From assembly GCA_009619095.1 (NCBI GenBank), contig WJOT01000029.1, positions 736 through 64,735 on the forward strand: a stretch of DNA of 64,000 nucleotides, given 5' to 3'. Position numbers and translations under genes: made by a program. Position 1 is the stretch's first letter; every line of letters starts with the position of its first letter. Shown piece by piece: positions 47,225 to 55,878 of the stretch. The DNA comes from Clostridia bacterium (GTDB lineage Bacteria > UBA6262 > WVXT01). The notes under the pieces are model-generated. The model saw only the letters and a program-made list of their open reading frames with translations, had not been told where the DNA came from and did not search any database.

Positions 47225-47381
47225 ATTTCTCTTTTTGTAGCCGCAAAGCGTAAGCTTTGCCTCCCTGTAGGGGACGGACGCAGTTTATGCCGACCTTTCG
47301 GCATGCCGTCCCTTCCTTTGGGCGACCACAGAGTGTCGCCCCTACAATACAGAGCTATCGCTCTGCTGCTACATTAGAAAT
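47225..47381. repeat. BIME-like array: four GTAG-flanked hairpins, two per orientation
   Basis: Plus strand: GTAG at 47237 with gcaaagc-gta-agctttgc, and GTAG at 47267 with the gggacgg...ccgtccc compound hairpin. Minus strand: GTAG plus gggcgacactctgtggtcgccc, and GTAG plus cagcagagcgatagctctg. Confidence 0.65.
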
Positions 47382-48119
47382 CTAAGAACTAACAAGCGAG
47401 AAAATTAGGAGACTGAAGACTTCGGTTAATTCGTTTATTGCGCCGAAGGTATCTCCGGTCATACCTCCGATTTTCCTGATGATATACCTTGTTAAGATAA
47501 GGGTAAATAGAAATATACTCAAAATAAAGAGTGGCAATTGAGTTTTCAAAATCAGGAACGTTACTATTAATGTAAACAGTGTTGCCCCTAACCATTCTCT
47601 CAATCTTACCGGTTTACAGAAGAACTTTCCCAGACCTTCGGTCTTTGCACCTTTAGAAAGAGAACCGGAGACTACCATTGCCCATCTGCTGGATAGAGGC
47701 ATCAACAGCAAAACCTTGTATTTAATTCCTTCGGGAATTCCCTCAAGAAGAGCAAATTTCAAAAGAATCAGAATAATCAGTGCTATTACGCCCATTGTGC
47801 CAATATGACTATCTCCCATTATTTTTAGTATTTCTTGTTTATCCTTGCCTGCGTAGAATCCGTCTACTGTATCGGCGAAACCATCCAGATGGAGTGCGCC
47901 GGTGAGAATAACTAAAAGAAGAATAATAGATAGATTAACTACTGAATGGTTCAAATGTTTTGAAAGCACGAAGTTAAGCCCCACCAGACAACCACCAATC
48001 AAAAGACCAACAAAAGGGAAGTAGAATAAAGACCTGGATAGATAATTGCTGGTAACTTTACCTCTTTTGCCAGAGCTAAAGATAGTTAAAAACTGAATTG
48101 CTGCCACCATTGATTTCAT
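47382..48119 (-). CDS. cobS: Adenosylcobinamide-GDP ribazoletransferase (cobalamin synthase)
   Basis: Polytopic membrane protein with HLDGFADTVDG and GMTGDTFGA motifs. Confidence 0.85.
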   Translation of the reverse strand: MKSMVAAIQFLTIFSSGKRGKVTSNYLSRSLFYFPFVGLLIGGCLVGLNFVLSKHLNHSVVNLSIILLLVILTGALHLDGFADTVDGFYAGKDKQEILKIMGDSHIGTMGVIALIILILLKFALLEGIPEGIKYKVLLLMPLSSRWAMVVSGSLSKGAKTEGLGKFFCKPVRLREWLGATLFTLIVTFLILKTQLPLFILSIFLFTLILTRYIIRKIGGMTGDTFGAINELTEVFSLLIFSLVSS

Positions 48120-49171
48120 AATCCTTCGGAAACTCCTGCATCGGGAAAGGTTGCCATCTGAGTCAATATTTTTATACCTGCATCTACCATATTTATGCCC
48201 AGGGCTGCTCCAGTACCTTCACCAAGTCTGAGGTCTAAGTCGAGTAGGGGTTTTAAACCTAAAAAGCTCAACATTCGCTTATGGCCAGCTTCTGCTGAAC
48301 AATGTGAGGGAATCAAGTAACTCTTAACTTTCGGTTCTATCTCTACTGCCAGAAGAGCTGCTGTCCCGGAGATGAATCCGTCGATAACCACGGGAATCCT
48401 GTGAGAAGCACCGGCAAGCATAATTCCCAGTAGTCCCCCGATTTCAAACCCTCCCACTTTAGATAGAATATCGATCGGGTCATTGGGGTCTGGTCTATTG
48501 GTTTCTAATGCCTTCTCAATAACATCTATTTTACGCTTAAGTTTAAAGTCATCTATTCCTGTCCCCCTGCCGGTAATTTCTTCTACAGATGTCTTGGTTA
48601 TAGCTGCGATAATTGCACTGGAAGAGGAAGTATTCCCAATTCCCATATCTCCTGTGCCAATAATATCTATGCCTCTCTCCAATTCTTTTTCCACAATTTC
48701 GATTCCTTCATTAATTGACCTTATTGCCTCTTCCCGGCTCATCGCCGGTTCTTTTACTATGTTTTTAGTTCCATAATTTATTTTTCTGATTATAAGATTG
48801 GGGTGGGGTTTTAAGTCGCAGGCAACTCCCATATCGACTATTACCACTCTCGCACCTATGTGGCGAGCGAGAACATTAATTCCTGCTCCTCCCCGTAAAA
48901 AGTTGTAAACCATCTGGCTGGTGACTTCCTGAGGAAAGGCACTCACTCCTTCTCTTGCGATTCCATGGTCTCCGGCTAAAGTAAATATCACTTTATTCTT
49001 CAAATTGGGACTATCTTCTCTCTTGATTCCTACCACAATTTTTGCCAGCTCTTCCAGTCTTCCTAAACTCCCTCTGGGTTTGGTGAGAAGGTCTAATCTC
49101 TTTTGCGTTTTTTCCATCATTTGTTGGTCGATTGGCCCAATCTTTTCAATAACTTTTTGAATTCTTTCCAT
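48116..49171 (-). CDS. cobT: Nicotinate-nucleotide--dimethylbenzimidazole phosphoribosyltransferase
   Basis: LTKPRGSLGRLEELA, AGDHG, GDMGIGNTSS, LRLGEGTGA. Confidence 0.9.
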   Translation of the reverse strand: MERIQKVIEKIGPIDQQMMEKTQKRLDLLTKPRGSLGRLEELAKIVVGIKREDSPNLKNKVIFTLAGDHGIAREGVSAFPQEVTSQMVYNFLRGGAGINVLARHIGARVVIVDMGVACDLKPHPNLIIRKINYGTKNIVKEPAMSREEAIRSINEGIEIVEKELERGIDIIGTGDMGIGNTSSSSAIIAAITKTSVEEITGRGTGIDDFKLKRKIDVIEKALETNRPDPNDPIDILSKVGGFEIGGLLGIMLAGASHRIPVVIDGFISGTAALLAVEIEPKVKSYLIPSHCSAEAGHKRMLSFLGLKPLLDLDLRLGEGTGAALGINMVDAGIKILTQMATFPDAGVSEGL

Positions 49172-49173
49172 TT

Positions 49174-49701
49174 TTACCCCTTTATCTTAACGGGAATCCC
49201 TGCCTCCAGCAAGTATACTTCGTCTGCCAGCTTAGCAACTATCTGGTTGGTTTGCCCGGCGATATCCCTAAAATTGCGACCTAATCTATTTTCTGGAACA
49301 ATTCCCATCCCTACCTCGTTAGAAACTATTAAAGTGGTAAGGTTTCTTTTCTTGAGAGTCTTGAAGAACTCTTTAATTTTCTTCAAAGTTGCTGCTTCTT
49401 TTTCTCCGGAAAGGAGAAGATTTGAAATTAAGATAGTTAAACAATCGACTATTACTATACTGGCTTTTCCTAATTTAGCCAAAATTTTTGATATATCTTT
49501 TCTTTCTTCTATAGTTTTCCAGGAAGCGGGACGTCTTTTCTTGTGTCTCTCTATTCTTTTTCTCATCTCTTCATCGAGGGCAAAAGCAGTGGCGACATAA
49601 ACTACCCCAGATTGTCCAGATGATAACTTCTTGGCCTGGGTAACAGCGAAACTGCTCTTCCCACTGCGTGCTCCACCTAAGATAAGGATTAACCTGCCCA
49701 T
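49174..49701 (-). CDS. cobU: Bifunctional adenosylcobinamide kinase / adenosylcobinamide-phosphate guanylyltransferase
   Basis: P-loop GGARSGKS. I set the start at MGRLILILGG (ATG 49701) behind GGAG; the ORF-track start at 49731 is a TTG inside the terminator U-tract. Confidence 0.85.
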   Translation of the reverse strand: MGRLILILGGARSGKSSFAVTQAKKLSSGQSGVVYVATAFALDEEMRKRIERHKKRRPASWKTIEERKDISKILAKLGKASIVIVDCLTILISNLLLSGEKEAATLKKIKEFFKTLKKRNLTTLIVSNEVGMGIVPENRLGRNFRDIAGQTNQIVAKLADEVYLLEAGIPVKIKG

Positions 49702-49720
49702 ATATATTTCTCCATAAATT

Positions 49721-49750
49721 AAAAAACCCAACCTTCACTTGAAAGTTGGG
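49721..49750 (-). terminator. Intrinsic terminator forming the riboswitch expression platform
   Basis: Minus strand reads CCCAACTTT-CAAGTG-AAGGTTGGG followed by TTTTTTAATTT, directly upstream of the cobU start. Confidence 0.7.
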
Positions 49751-49754
49751 ACTG

Positions 49755-49885
49755 AAGCCTTATGAATTCGGCCAACCCTCCCGCGAAGGCACTATATTGC
49801 AAACAGGTTCTCGGACTTACTTCTGTTAAGAAGCTCACCGTTGCGGGGCAGTGTCCGGTTTTCACGGACTTCCCCTATTTACATA
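49755..49885 (-). promoter_or_regulatory. Cobalamin (AdoCbl) riboswitch aptamer
   Basis: Minus strand reads AGGGGAAGTCCGTGAAAACCGGACACTGCCCCGCAACGGTGAGC...AAGTCCGAGAACCTGTT. This matches the conserved GGGAA..GGTGAAA.TCC..CTGCCCCGCAAC.GT core and the B12 box, and it sits upstream of cobalamin salvage genes. Confidence 0.8.
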
Positions 49886-49906
49886 AAAAATCTTTGATTT
49901 ATTCTA

Positions 49907-50782
49907 CTATGTATGCCCTTCCTCTGTCAAGCACTTTCCTAATTTCGTCTTCCTATATTCTTTTAACTGTGATAGAACATCATAGGGAATTTTCTGATTT
50001 CCTATCAGAATTTCCTCATCCAATATCTCTCCGTGACAATCGGAGCCTCCAGTAATTAGAAGACCAAACGCCTTGGCCCAACTCCGAAATCTCTTTACAT
50101 CTTCAGAAGAATGCTTAGTATAGTAACCTTCAATTCCATCTAATCCAAAACCTTTGAGTTTTTGAATTATTTCCTTGCTGTTTCCTCCATATATAGGATG
50201 GGCGATAACAGAGATTCCTCCAAGCCGGGAGATCAGGTCAAGTGCTTCTTGAGAGGGCAATCTTAACTTAGGAACGTAGGCTGGTTTGCCATAAGCTAAA
50301 TAGCGGTCGAAAGCTTCCTGGAGATAGTTAACAAATCCTTCTTCTTTTAAAACTTTCGCCACATGCATTCTACCAACAGAACCTTTGCCAGCGAACTCAA
50401 ATAATTGTTGGGGATCAATCTTAACTCCCAGACGGTCCAGTTTTTCTAAAATCTTGTAGGCTCTCTTGCGGCGTGCTTCCCTGAAATGGCGGAGTTTCTC
50501 CTGAAAATTCTCATCTTGCCAATCGATATAGTATCCCAGAATGTGTATCTCTTCATCTCGAGGAGACTCCGGCTCGACGCTCAGTTCCACTCCAGGAACG
50601 ATTTCTACTCCCAATTTTTTTCCCGCCTTAATAGCCGAGGGGGTAGCATCAGTATTGTCGTGGTCAGTAATAGATATGGCAGCCAAACCCGCCTTGCTGG
50701 CATGCTTAACAATTTCTTCTGGAGTAAAAGCCCCGTCAGAAAATGTGCTATGTATATGCAAGTCTACGTATAGATTTTTCAA
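49907..50782 (-). CDS. PHP-domain metal-dependent phosphoesterase (TrpH/YciV-like)
   Basis: DLHIHSTFSDG, ITDHDN, VIAHP, GSDCHG metal-ligand motifs. Confidence 0.8.
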   Translation of the reverse strand: MKNLYVDLHIHSTFSDGAFTPEEIVKHASKAGLAAISITDHDNTDATPSAIKAGKKLGVEIVPGVELSVEPESPRDEEIHILGYYIDWQDENFQEKLRHFREARRKRAYKILEKLDRLGVKIDPQQLFEFAGKGSVGRMHVAKVLKEEGFVNYLQEAFDRYLAYGKPAYVPKLRLPSQEALDLISRLGGISVIAHPIYGGNSKEIIQKLKGFGLDGIEGYYTKHSSEDVKRFRSWAKAFGLLITGGSDCHGEILDEEILIGNQKIPYDVLSQLKEYRKTKLGKCLTEEGHT

Positions 50783-50799
50783 AATATTTCCTCAAAAAT

Positions 50800-50855
50800 G
50801 TAGCAGCAAAGCGTAAGCTTTGCATCCATTGGCAGAGCTATCGCTCTGCAGCTAC
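50800..50855. repeat. Pair of GTAG hairpins in opposite orientation
   Basis: GTAGCAGCAAAGCGTAAGCTTTGC plus the reverse-oriented CAGAGCTATCGCTCTGCAGCTAC. The same two hairpin types occur at 47237-47260 and 47350-47372. Confidence 0.65.
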
Positions 50856-50862
50856 AACTTAT

Positions 50863-50883
50863 GAGCGGGCGATGGGACTCGAA
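50863..50883 (-). other. Orphan copy of the 3' 21 nt of tRNA-Gly (T-loop to acceptor end)
   Basis: gagcgggcgatgggactcgaa is identical to 50898-50918. It lies 14 nt downstream (minus-strand sense) of the intact tRNA. Confidence 0.7.
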
Positions 50884-50898
50884 TTGAAGCTGGGTCAG

Positions 50899-50970
50899 AG
50901 CGGGCGATGGGACTCGAACCCACGACGTCAACCTTGGGAAGGTTGCATTCTACCGCTGAATTACGCCCGC
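50899..50970 (-). tRNA. tRNA-Gly (anticodon CCC), no encoded CCA
   Basis: I folded it by hand: acceptor GCGGGCG/CGCCCGC, D-stem ATTC/GAAT, anticodon stem CAACC/GGTTG with loop TTCCCAA, T-arm GTGGG-TTCGAGT-CCCAT. Length 72 nt. Confidence 0.9.
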
Positions 50971-51198
50971 TTCAATTCCCTGGGTGCTCACCATCTCGCA
51001 CCCGTGCCTTTTCCTCGCTTCGCTCGGTCGTCGCTCCTTATTCGTCGCGACCGGCACCCCACGACGTCAACCTTGGGAAGGTTGCATTCTACCACTGAAT
51101 TACGCCCGCTTCAATTCCCCGGGTGCTCACCATCTCGCACCCGTGTCTTTCCCTCGTTTCGCTCGCTGGTCATTCCTTATTCGTCGCTACCACTACTT
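50919..51198. repeat. Tandem duplication (2 x ~139 bp) of the tRNA-Gly 5' portion plus its upstream leader
   Basis: Unit 1 is 50919-51057 and unit 2 is 51058-~51198, roughly 85-90% identical by eye. Confidence 0.8.
51058..51109 (-). pseudogene. Truncated tRNA-Gly copy (positions 1-53 only)
   Basis: GCGGGCGTAATTCAGTGGTAGAATGCAACCTTCCCAAGGTTGACGTCGTGGG, then unrelated sequence. It lacks the T-loop and the 3' acceptor strand. Confidence 0.75.
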
Positions 51199-51255
51199 TA
51201 ATTAACAGAATTTTATTCCAAAAAGACCCTTTTGTCAAGTAAATGGTTAGAACCC

Positions 51256-51933
51256 TCATTTGCTGAATTTATATTTAAGTATAGTTAAAATGCCTAAAAG
51301 AGCATCTTTCCAGTTGATTTTCTTTCCTTCTCTTAATGTTCTGGGAGAATACGATATGGGGATTTCACGAATCTCGTAACCTCTCTTCAGCAACTTAACT
51401 GTAACTTCGGCTTCAAATTCAAACCTTTTTGCTTGCAATGTCAAATTTTTTAGAACGCTAGTTTCAAAAGCCTTATAGCAGGTATATGAATCAGTAATCC
51501 TGGAACGGTATAATATATTGATTAACCAGGTCAAAAACTTGTTGCCTAAAAGGTAACGCAAGTAAATAAGTTTGTTAAATTGTAGAAATCTGGAACCATA
51601 AATAATCTTGGCTTTTCCATCCAGAATTGGTCTCATCAATTTGTGGTACTCTTCGGGGTCATATTCTAAATCAGCATCCTGTATGATTGTTACCTCTCCC
51701 TCAAGGTAGGGAATCGCTGTCCTTATTGCACTTCCCTTTCCCTGGTTTTTCGTATGGTAAATTACTCTTATATTTTCATCCCTCAATTTTTCCAATATTT
51801 CTCTCGTCCTGTCAGTGGAACCGTCATCAACTATAACAATTTGCTTATCAATATTTACTTTTTTTACTCTGTCGATGATGTTTAGTATCGTACTTTCTTC
51901 ATTAAAAACTGGCATGATAACTGATAATTTCAC
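51256..51933 (-). CDS. Family 2 glycosyltransferase (polyprenol-phosphate glycosyltransferase-like)
   Basis: SVIMPVFNEE, VDDGSTD, IQDADLEYDP motifs. Confidence 0.8.
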   Translation of the reverse strand: MKLSVIMPVFNEESTILNIIDRVKKVNIDKQIVIVDDGSTDRTREILEKLRDENIRVIYHTKNQGKGSAIRTAIPYLEGEVTIIQDADLEYDPEEYHKLMRPILDGKAKIIYGSRFLQFNKLIYLRYLLGNKFLTWLINILYRSRITDSYTCYKAFETSVLKNLTLQAKRFEFEAEVTVKLLKRGYEIREIPISYSPRTLREGKKINWKDALLGILTILKYKFSK

Positions 51934-53432
51934 AACTTCTCCTCTTTTAATGTCTTCTTCAAAAACTGGAGAGCTTCCTCTTTATTTTTTAATTTTCCTC
52001 CCGCCTGGATTTCTGCTACTCTTTTCAATAACTTGCCAATCAAAGGACCTTGAGGAAGATTAAAACTTTTCATAATCTCATCTCCTCGAACAAGAGGTTT
52101 AGGCAAGATTCGTTCTTTATGGTAGTAGTACTTGTTTAACATTTTTCTAACAGTCTGTTCATGTTTCCTTATGGACTTTCGACTTATTTCTATGGCAAAC
52201 TTTTTATCTCGCTCAGGTAGAATCTTTCGATAAGAATAGCGGTCTGCCAGAGAGAGAAGAAGAGTGTCCACTCCTTCTTCAGAAAGGTCTCTAAAAAAGC
52301 GATGGATTGCTCTATCGGTCAACCGAGGAGCTTCATTCAAGTTACCGGGACGCATATGGTGCTTAACCGTTTTCTCTACAATTTTGATTGCTTTATTACT
52401 GAATTTAAGCCTCTGCATAATTTCCATAACCAGTGAGGCTCCCTTTTCCTCGTGACCAAAAAACCGAACTCTTCCCTCTTCCCTCCTTAGTGTTTTTGGC
52501 TTACCGATGTCGTGAAAAATTGCTGCCCACTTTAAAAGAGATTTTCTTTCTACTTCACCAAATATTTTCTCATCGAGATGGGTTATTATCTTGCTAGACA
52601 TCCGGGGAAAGAGCTTGACCAGGTCAGCAAAAATCTCTTCCAAGGATTTGAGAGTCTCCAGGGAATGTCCCCACAGCCCTTCCCGGTGGTAATAATTTCC
52701 AGGTTTCTCCTTCATTATTTTTATTTCAGGAATGATCCTGTTCAAAAGTCCTATTCTGTGCAGTCTTTGAAGATATCGATAACTTTGAGGTGCAAAGAGA
52801 ATCTTGAACAATTCGTCTCTTATTCTCTCTCTGGCTACGCTTTTAATTAAATCGACCTTCTTTTTAATTTCATCCTTTGTTTTTTTCTCTATAGCAAATT
52901 CCAAGGTCGCTGCCAGGCGATATCCGCGGAGTAATCTCAAGGGGTCATCGTCAAAAATTTTGCGAGAAGTTCTCCTTACTATTCTCTTTTTCAAATCTCC
53001 TATCCCGCCAGAAGGGTCTATAATTAACCTGGACAGGAGTTTCGCCCGTTTTAAGGTTCTGAGGCTTCCTTCTATTTGGTCTAATCTCACAGCCATTGCA
53101 TCGATGGTGAAATCTCTTAGTAAAAGGTCTTCTTTTATTTCTTTTCCGCGCATTTGAGAGAAGTCTAAATTGAATATCTGTTTATCTTTCTTCCTGGATA
53201 TTTTCTGTTTTACTACCCGATAAATCCTGTTTTTCTCATCCAGAAGAACAAAACTGCCTCTCACTTCACTGGCGAAATTCCTGGCGAACTTCTCAGCATC
53301 TCCTTCAGGAACAAAATCAAAATCCCCGGTCTCCCTTCCCAATAGTAAATCTCTTAGGGAACCACCCACCAGAAATATTTTTCTGTTAGATTTATTTGCA
53401 AAATTTAATATCAGTTTCAGCAATTTTTCCAT
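51930..53432 (-). CDS. CCA-adding enzyme / poly(A) polymerase family nucleotidyltransferase with HD domain
   Basis: FLVGGSLRDLLLGRETGDFDF, RDFTIDAM and the HD domain (FHDIGKP). Confidence 0.8.
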   Translation of the reverse strand: MEKLLKLILNFANKSNRKIFLVGGSLRDLLLGRETGDFDFVPEGDAEKFARNFASEVRGSFVLLDEKNRIYRVVKQKISRKKDKQIFNLDFSQMRGKEIKEDLLLRDFTIDAMAVRLDQIEGSLRTLKRAKLLSRLIIDPSGGIGDLKKRIVRRTSRKIFDDDPLRLLRGYRLAATLEFAIEKKTKDEIKKKVDLIKSVARERIRDELFKILFAPQSYRYLQRLHRIGLLNRIIPEIKIMKEKPGNYYHREGLWGHSLETLKSLEEIFADLVKLFPRMSSKIITHLDEKIFGEVERKSLLKWAAIFHDIGKPKTLRREEGRVRFFGHEEKGASLVMEIMQRLKFSNKAIKIVEKTVKHHMRPGNLNEAPRLTDRAIHRFFRDLSEEGVDTLLLSLADRYSYRKILPERDKKFAIEISRKSIRKHEQTVRKMLNKYYYHKERILPKPLVRGDEIMKSFNLPQGPLIGKLLKRVAEIQAGGKLKNKEEALQFLKKTLKEEKL

Positions 53433-53557
53433 TTCAGTGCATGCGTTAGAAGCTCTCTGAAAATTCTGGACTCCTTGCGAATCGCGTAGGGGCGACCCTT
53501 GTGGTCGCCCGAACCTCCCTTTCGGGAGGACTTCAAACTCCGATTTTGATAAGGCTT

Positions 53558-53857
53558 CTATTTCTTTGAGCCTTTCTCTAAATTCTCTTTGATTTCTTTT
53601 AAGGTGCGTCGTCTCTCCACAGATGGTTTTACGTGTCGAATAATTCTTATAGTCTCTTCCCTGTCGTAGAGCCTATAGCCACCCTTGGTATAGCTGGCTA
53701 CTCTTAATAAGCCAATGTCAGTGTAATACCTTATGAGAGAAGTAGTTACTCCTGCCAGATTGGCTATCTCACCAATCTTAAGTAACCCTCTTCCCAATCT
53801 CTCCTTACGGGATAATTTCTCAATCTTCTTCCTTCTATCATTTTCCTTTGGTGGCAT
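53558..53857 (-). CDS. MerR-family transcriptional regulator (short)
   Basis: LKIGEIANLAGVTTSLIRYYTDIGLL..GGYRLY. Confidence 0.75.
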   Translation of the reverse strand: MPPKENDRRKKIEKLSRKERLGRGLLKIGEIANLAGVTTSLIRYYTDIGLLRVASYTKGGYRLYDREETIRIIRHVKPSVERRRTLKEIKENLEKGSKK

Positions 53858-53873
53858 TTCTTATCCCACCTCC

Positions 53874-54674
53874 TTATTTTATGGTTTCAGTCTCCAGAGT
53901 GGGAATTGCTTCAAGCAACTTTTTTGTATAGGAATGACGGGGGTCTTCATATACATTCCTGATAGAACCCCTTTCTACAATTTTTCCCTGATACATTACC
54001 GCTACCCTGTCAGCTAAAAACCGCACGACGTTCAAATCATGAGCGATAAGAAGATAAGATAAATCCAGAGAATCCCTCAAATCGAGCAAAAGATTTAGAA
54101 TCTGAGCCTGAACAGAAATATCCAAAGAAGATACGGGCTCATCTGCGACAATCAATTCCGGTTGCATAGCCAGTGCCCTGGCAATGCCGATTCTCTGTCT
54201 TTGACCTCCACTGAACTGATGGGGATACTCATTTAAAATATTAACTGGCAATCCCACTCGATTTAAAAGTTCTCTTGTTTCCTTTTTTATTTTCTTGGTT
54301 TTTACTTTCTCGTCAGTAGCTTCTAATCTATGTTTAACTGCTTCTCCAACAATAGTTCCTATTGTGAGCCTGGGGTTGAGACTGGCAAAGGGATCCTGGA
54401 AGATTATCTGTATTTTTCGAGCTAGCTCTTTTCTTTTCAGTAAAGAGATATCTTTGCCGTGGAAAAAAATTTTTCCATCTGTGGGTTCAAATAGCCCCAC
54501 AATCAGCTTTGCTGTGGTGGTTTTGCCACAGCCGGATTCCCCTACCAGAGCAAAGACTTCTCCTTTTTTGATTTCAAAGGAGATACCATCAACAGCTCGT
54601 ACGTAATCGATAACTCTCCTGAACACTCCTCGCTCTACAGGGAAATACTTTTTCAGATTATCAACTTTTAACAT
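53874..54674 (-). CDS. Oligopeptide/dipeptide ABC transporter ATP-binding protein (OppF/DppF type)
   Basis: GESGCGKTT, FSGGQRQR, VADEPVSSLD. Confidence 0.85.
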   Translation of the reverse strand: MLKVDNLKKYFPVERGVFRRVIDYVRAVDGISFEIKKGEVFALVGESGCGKTTTAKLIVGLFEPTDGKIFFHGKDISLLKRKELARKIQIIFQDPFASLNPRLTIGTIVGEAVKHRLEATDEKVKTKKIKKETRELLNRVGLPVNILNEYPHQFSGGQRQRIGIARALAMQPELIVADEPVSSLDISVQAQILNLLLDLRDSLDLSYLLIAHDLNVVRFLADRVAVMYQGKIVERGSIRNVYEDPRHSYTKKLLEAIPTLETETIK

Positions 54675-54780
54675 AACTCCTTCACCCTAATCTTCTTCCC
54701 CCTCACCCTTCCCCTCTCCCCCAAGGGGAGAGGGGGTAAATATGTTACCGTCTCCCCCGAGGGGATAAATATGGTGCCGT

Positions 54781-55776
54781 CTAATAGACGGCACGAATAC
54801 ATCTTACCCAGTGATTTTTGACTATCTCCCTGAGTCTTGGCTCCTCGGGTTTGCAGTCTTCAATAACTTTTGGACATCTGGGATGAAATTTGCACCCTGA
54901 AGGTAAATTACTGGGGTCAGGGACTTGTCCGGGGATTGCTTTGAGTCTTCTCTTCTTACCCTGGGAAGAACTTGGCAGTTCTTCTCTTGAGGGAAGAGAC
55001 TCTAAAAGCCCTTTAGTGTAAGGATGTAGAGGATTATGAAAAATTTCAGAAGTTGACGCTTCCTCAACTATAATTCCCGCATACATAACTGAGACCCTCT
55101 GACAGGTCTGGGCAACTATGCCAAAATCGTGAGTAATCAAGACTACTGAAAGTCCCAGTTTCTTTTGTAGTTCAGTTAGAAGGTTTAGTATCTCTTTTTG
55201 AATAGTGACATCGAGCGCTGTGGTTGGTTCATCAGCAATTAAAATTTCTGGATTGGAAGAGAGAGATATGGCAATCATTACTCTCTGTTGCATTCCTCCA
55301 CTTAGCTGATGCGGATAGGACAACATCGTATCTTTTGGCTTGGGTAGCTTAACCAGCTCAAGGAGTTCGATTACCTCTTTTTCCATTTGCTGAGTAGACA
55401 AGTTCTCTTTCTTGTGAAGAACGAGAGATTCAGCAATCTGCTTACTTATTTTGAATACGGGATTTAGAGAAGTAAAGGGGTCTTGAAAAATGATAGAGAT
55501 TCTATCTCCTCTTATCTGGAGTAATTTCTCGTCGGATAACCTCAGGAGGTCTTCTCCCTTAAAAAGGATTTCGCCCGAGATAACCCTGCCCTCCTTTTCC
55601 GGAATTAATTTCAGTATGGACAGAGCAAGCGTGCTCTTTCCGCAGCCAGATTCACCAACTATACCTAAGACTTCGTTCCTTTTCAGAGTGAGCGAAGTAT
55701 CTCTCAGTGCCTGGATAACTTTTCCTCCTTTATAAAACTCGACGGAAAGATTTTTGACTTCTAAAATTTTTTCCAT
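54781..55776 (-). CDS. Oligopeptide/dipeptide ABC transporter ATP-binding protein (OppD/DppD type)
   Basis: GESGCGKST, LSGGMQQR, IADEPTTALD, and a C-terminal Cys motif CKFHPRCP. Confidence 0.85.
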   Translation of the reverse strand: MEKILEVKNLSVEFYKGGKVIQALRDTSLTLKRNEVLGIVGESGCGKSTLALSILKLIPEKEGRVISGEILFKGEDLLRLSDEKLLQIRGDRISIIFQDPFTSLNPVFKISKQIAESLVLHKKENLSTQQMEKEVIELLELVKLPKPKDTMLSYPHQLSGGMQQRVMIAISLSSNPEILIADEPTTALDVTIQKEILNLLTELQKKLGLSVVLITHDFGIVAQTCQRVSVMYAGIIVEEASTSEIFHNPLHPYTKGLLESLPSREELPSSSQGKKRRLKAIPGQVPDPSNLPSGCKFHPRCPKVIEDCKPEEPRLREIVKNHWVRCIRAVY

Positions 55777-55878
55777 TGCTATTTTTTCCTATTCACACAT
55801 CCTTCTGTTTAAGGGTCCCGACTTATCGGGACACTCCAAAAGACTAAATAATTTTGGAGTGTAAAGCGAAAGCTTTAC

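Noticed and set aside
50863-51198. An integrated prophage or genomic island at the tRNA-Gly gene
   Set aside because: Only about 0.3 kb separates the tRNA fragments, and no integrase, excisionase or cargo genes flank the locus; the neighbours are a PHP phosphoesterase and a glycosyltransferase. Only a footprint is proposed (see findings).
50743-51205. Three overlapping plus-strand ORFs (152, 63 and 73 aa) across the tRNA locus
   Set aside because: They cover the tRNA-Gly gene and its tandem duplicate on the opposite strand. Their repetitive Pro/Arg/Ser-rich translations simply reflect the duplicated DNA.
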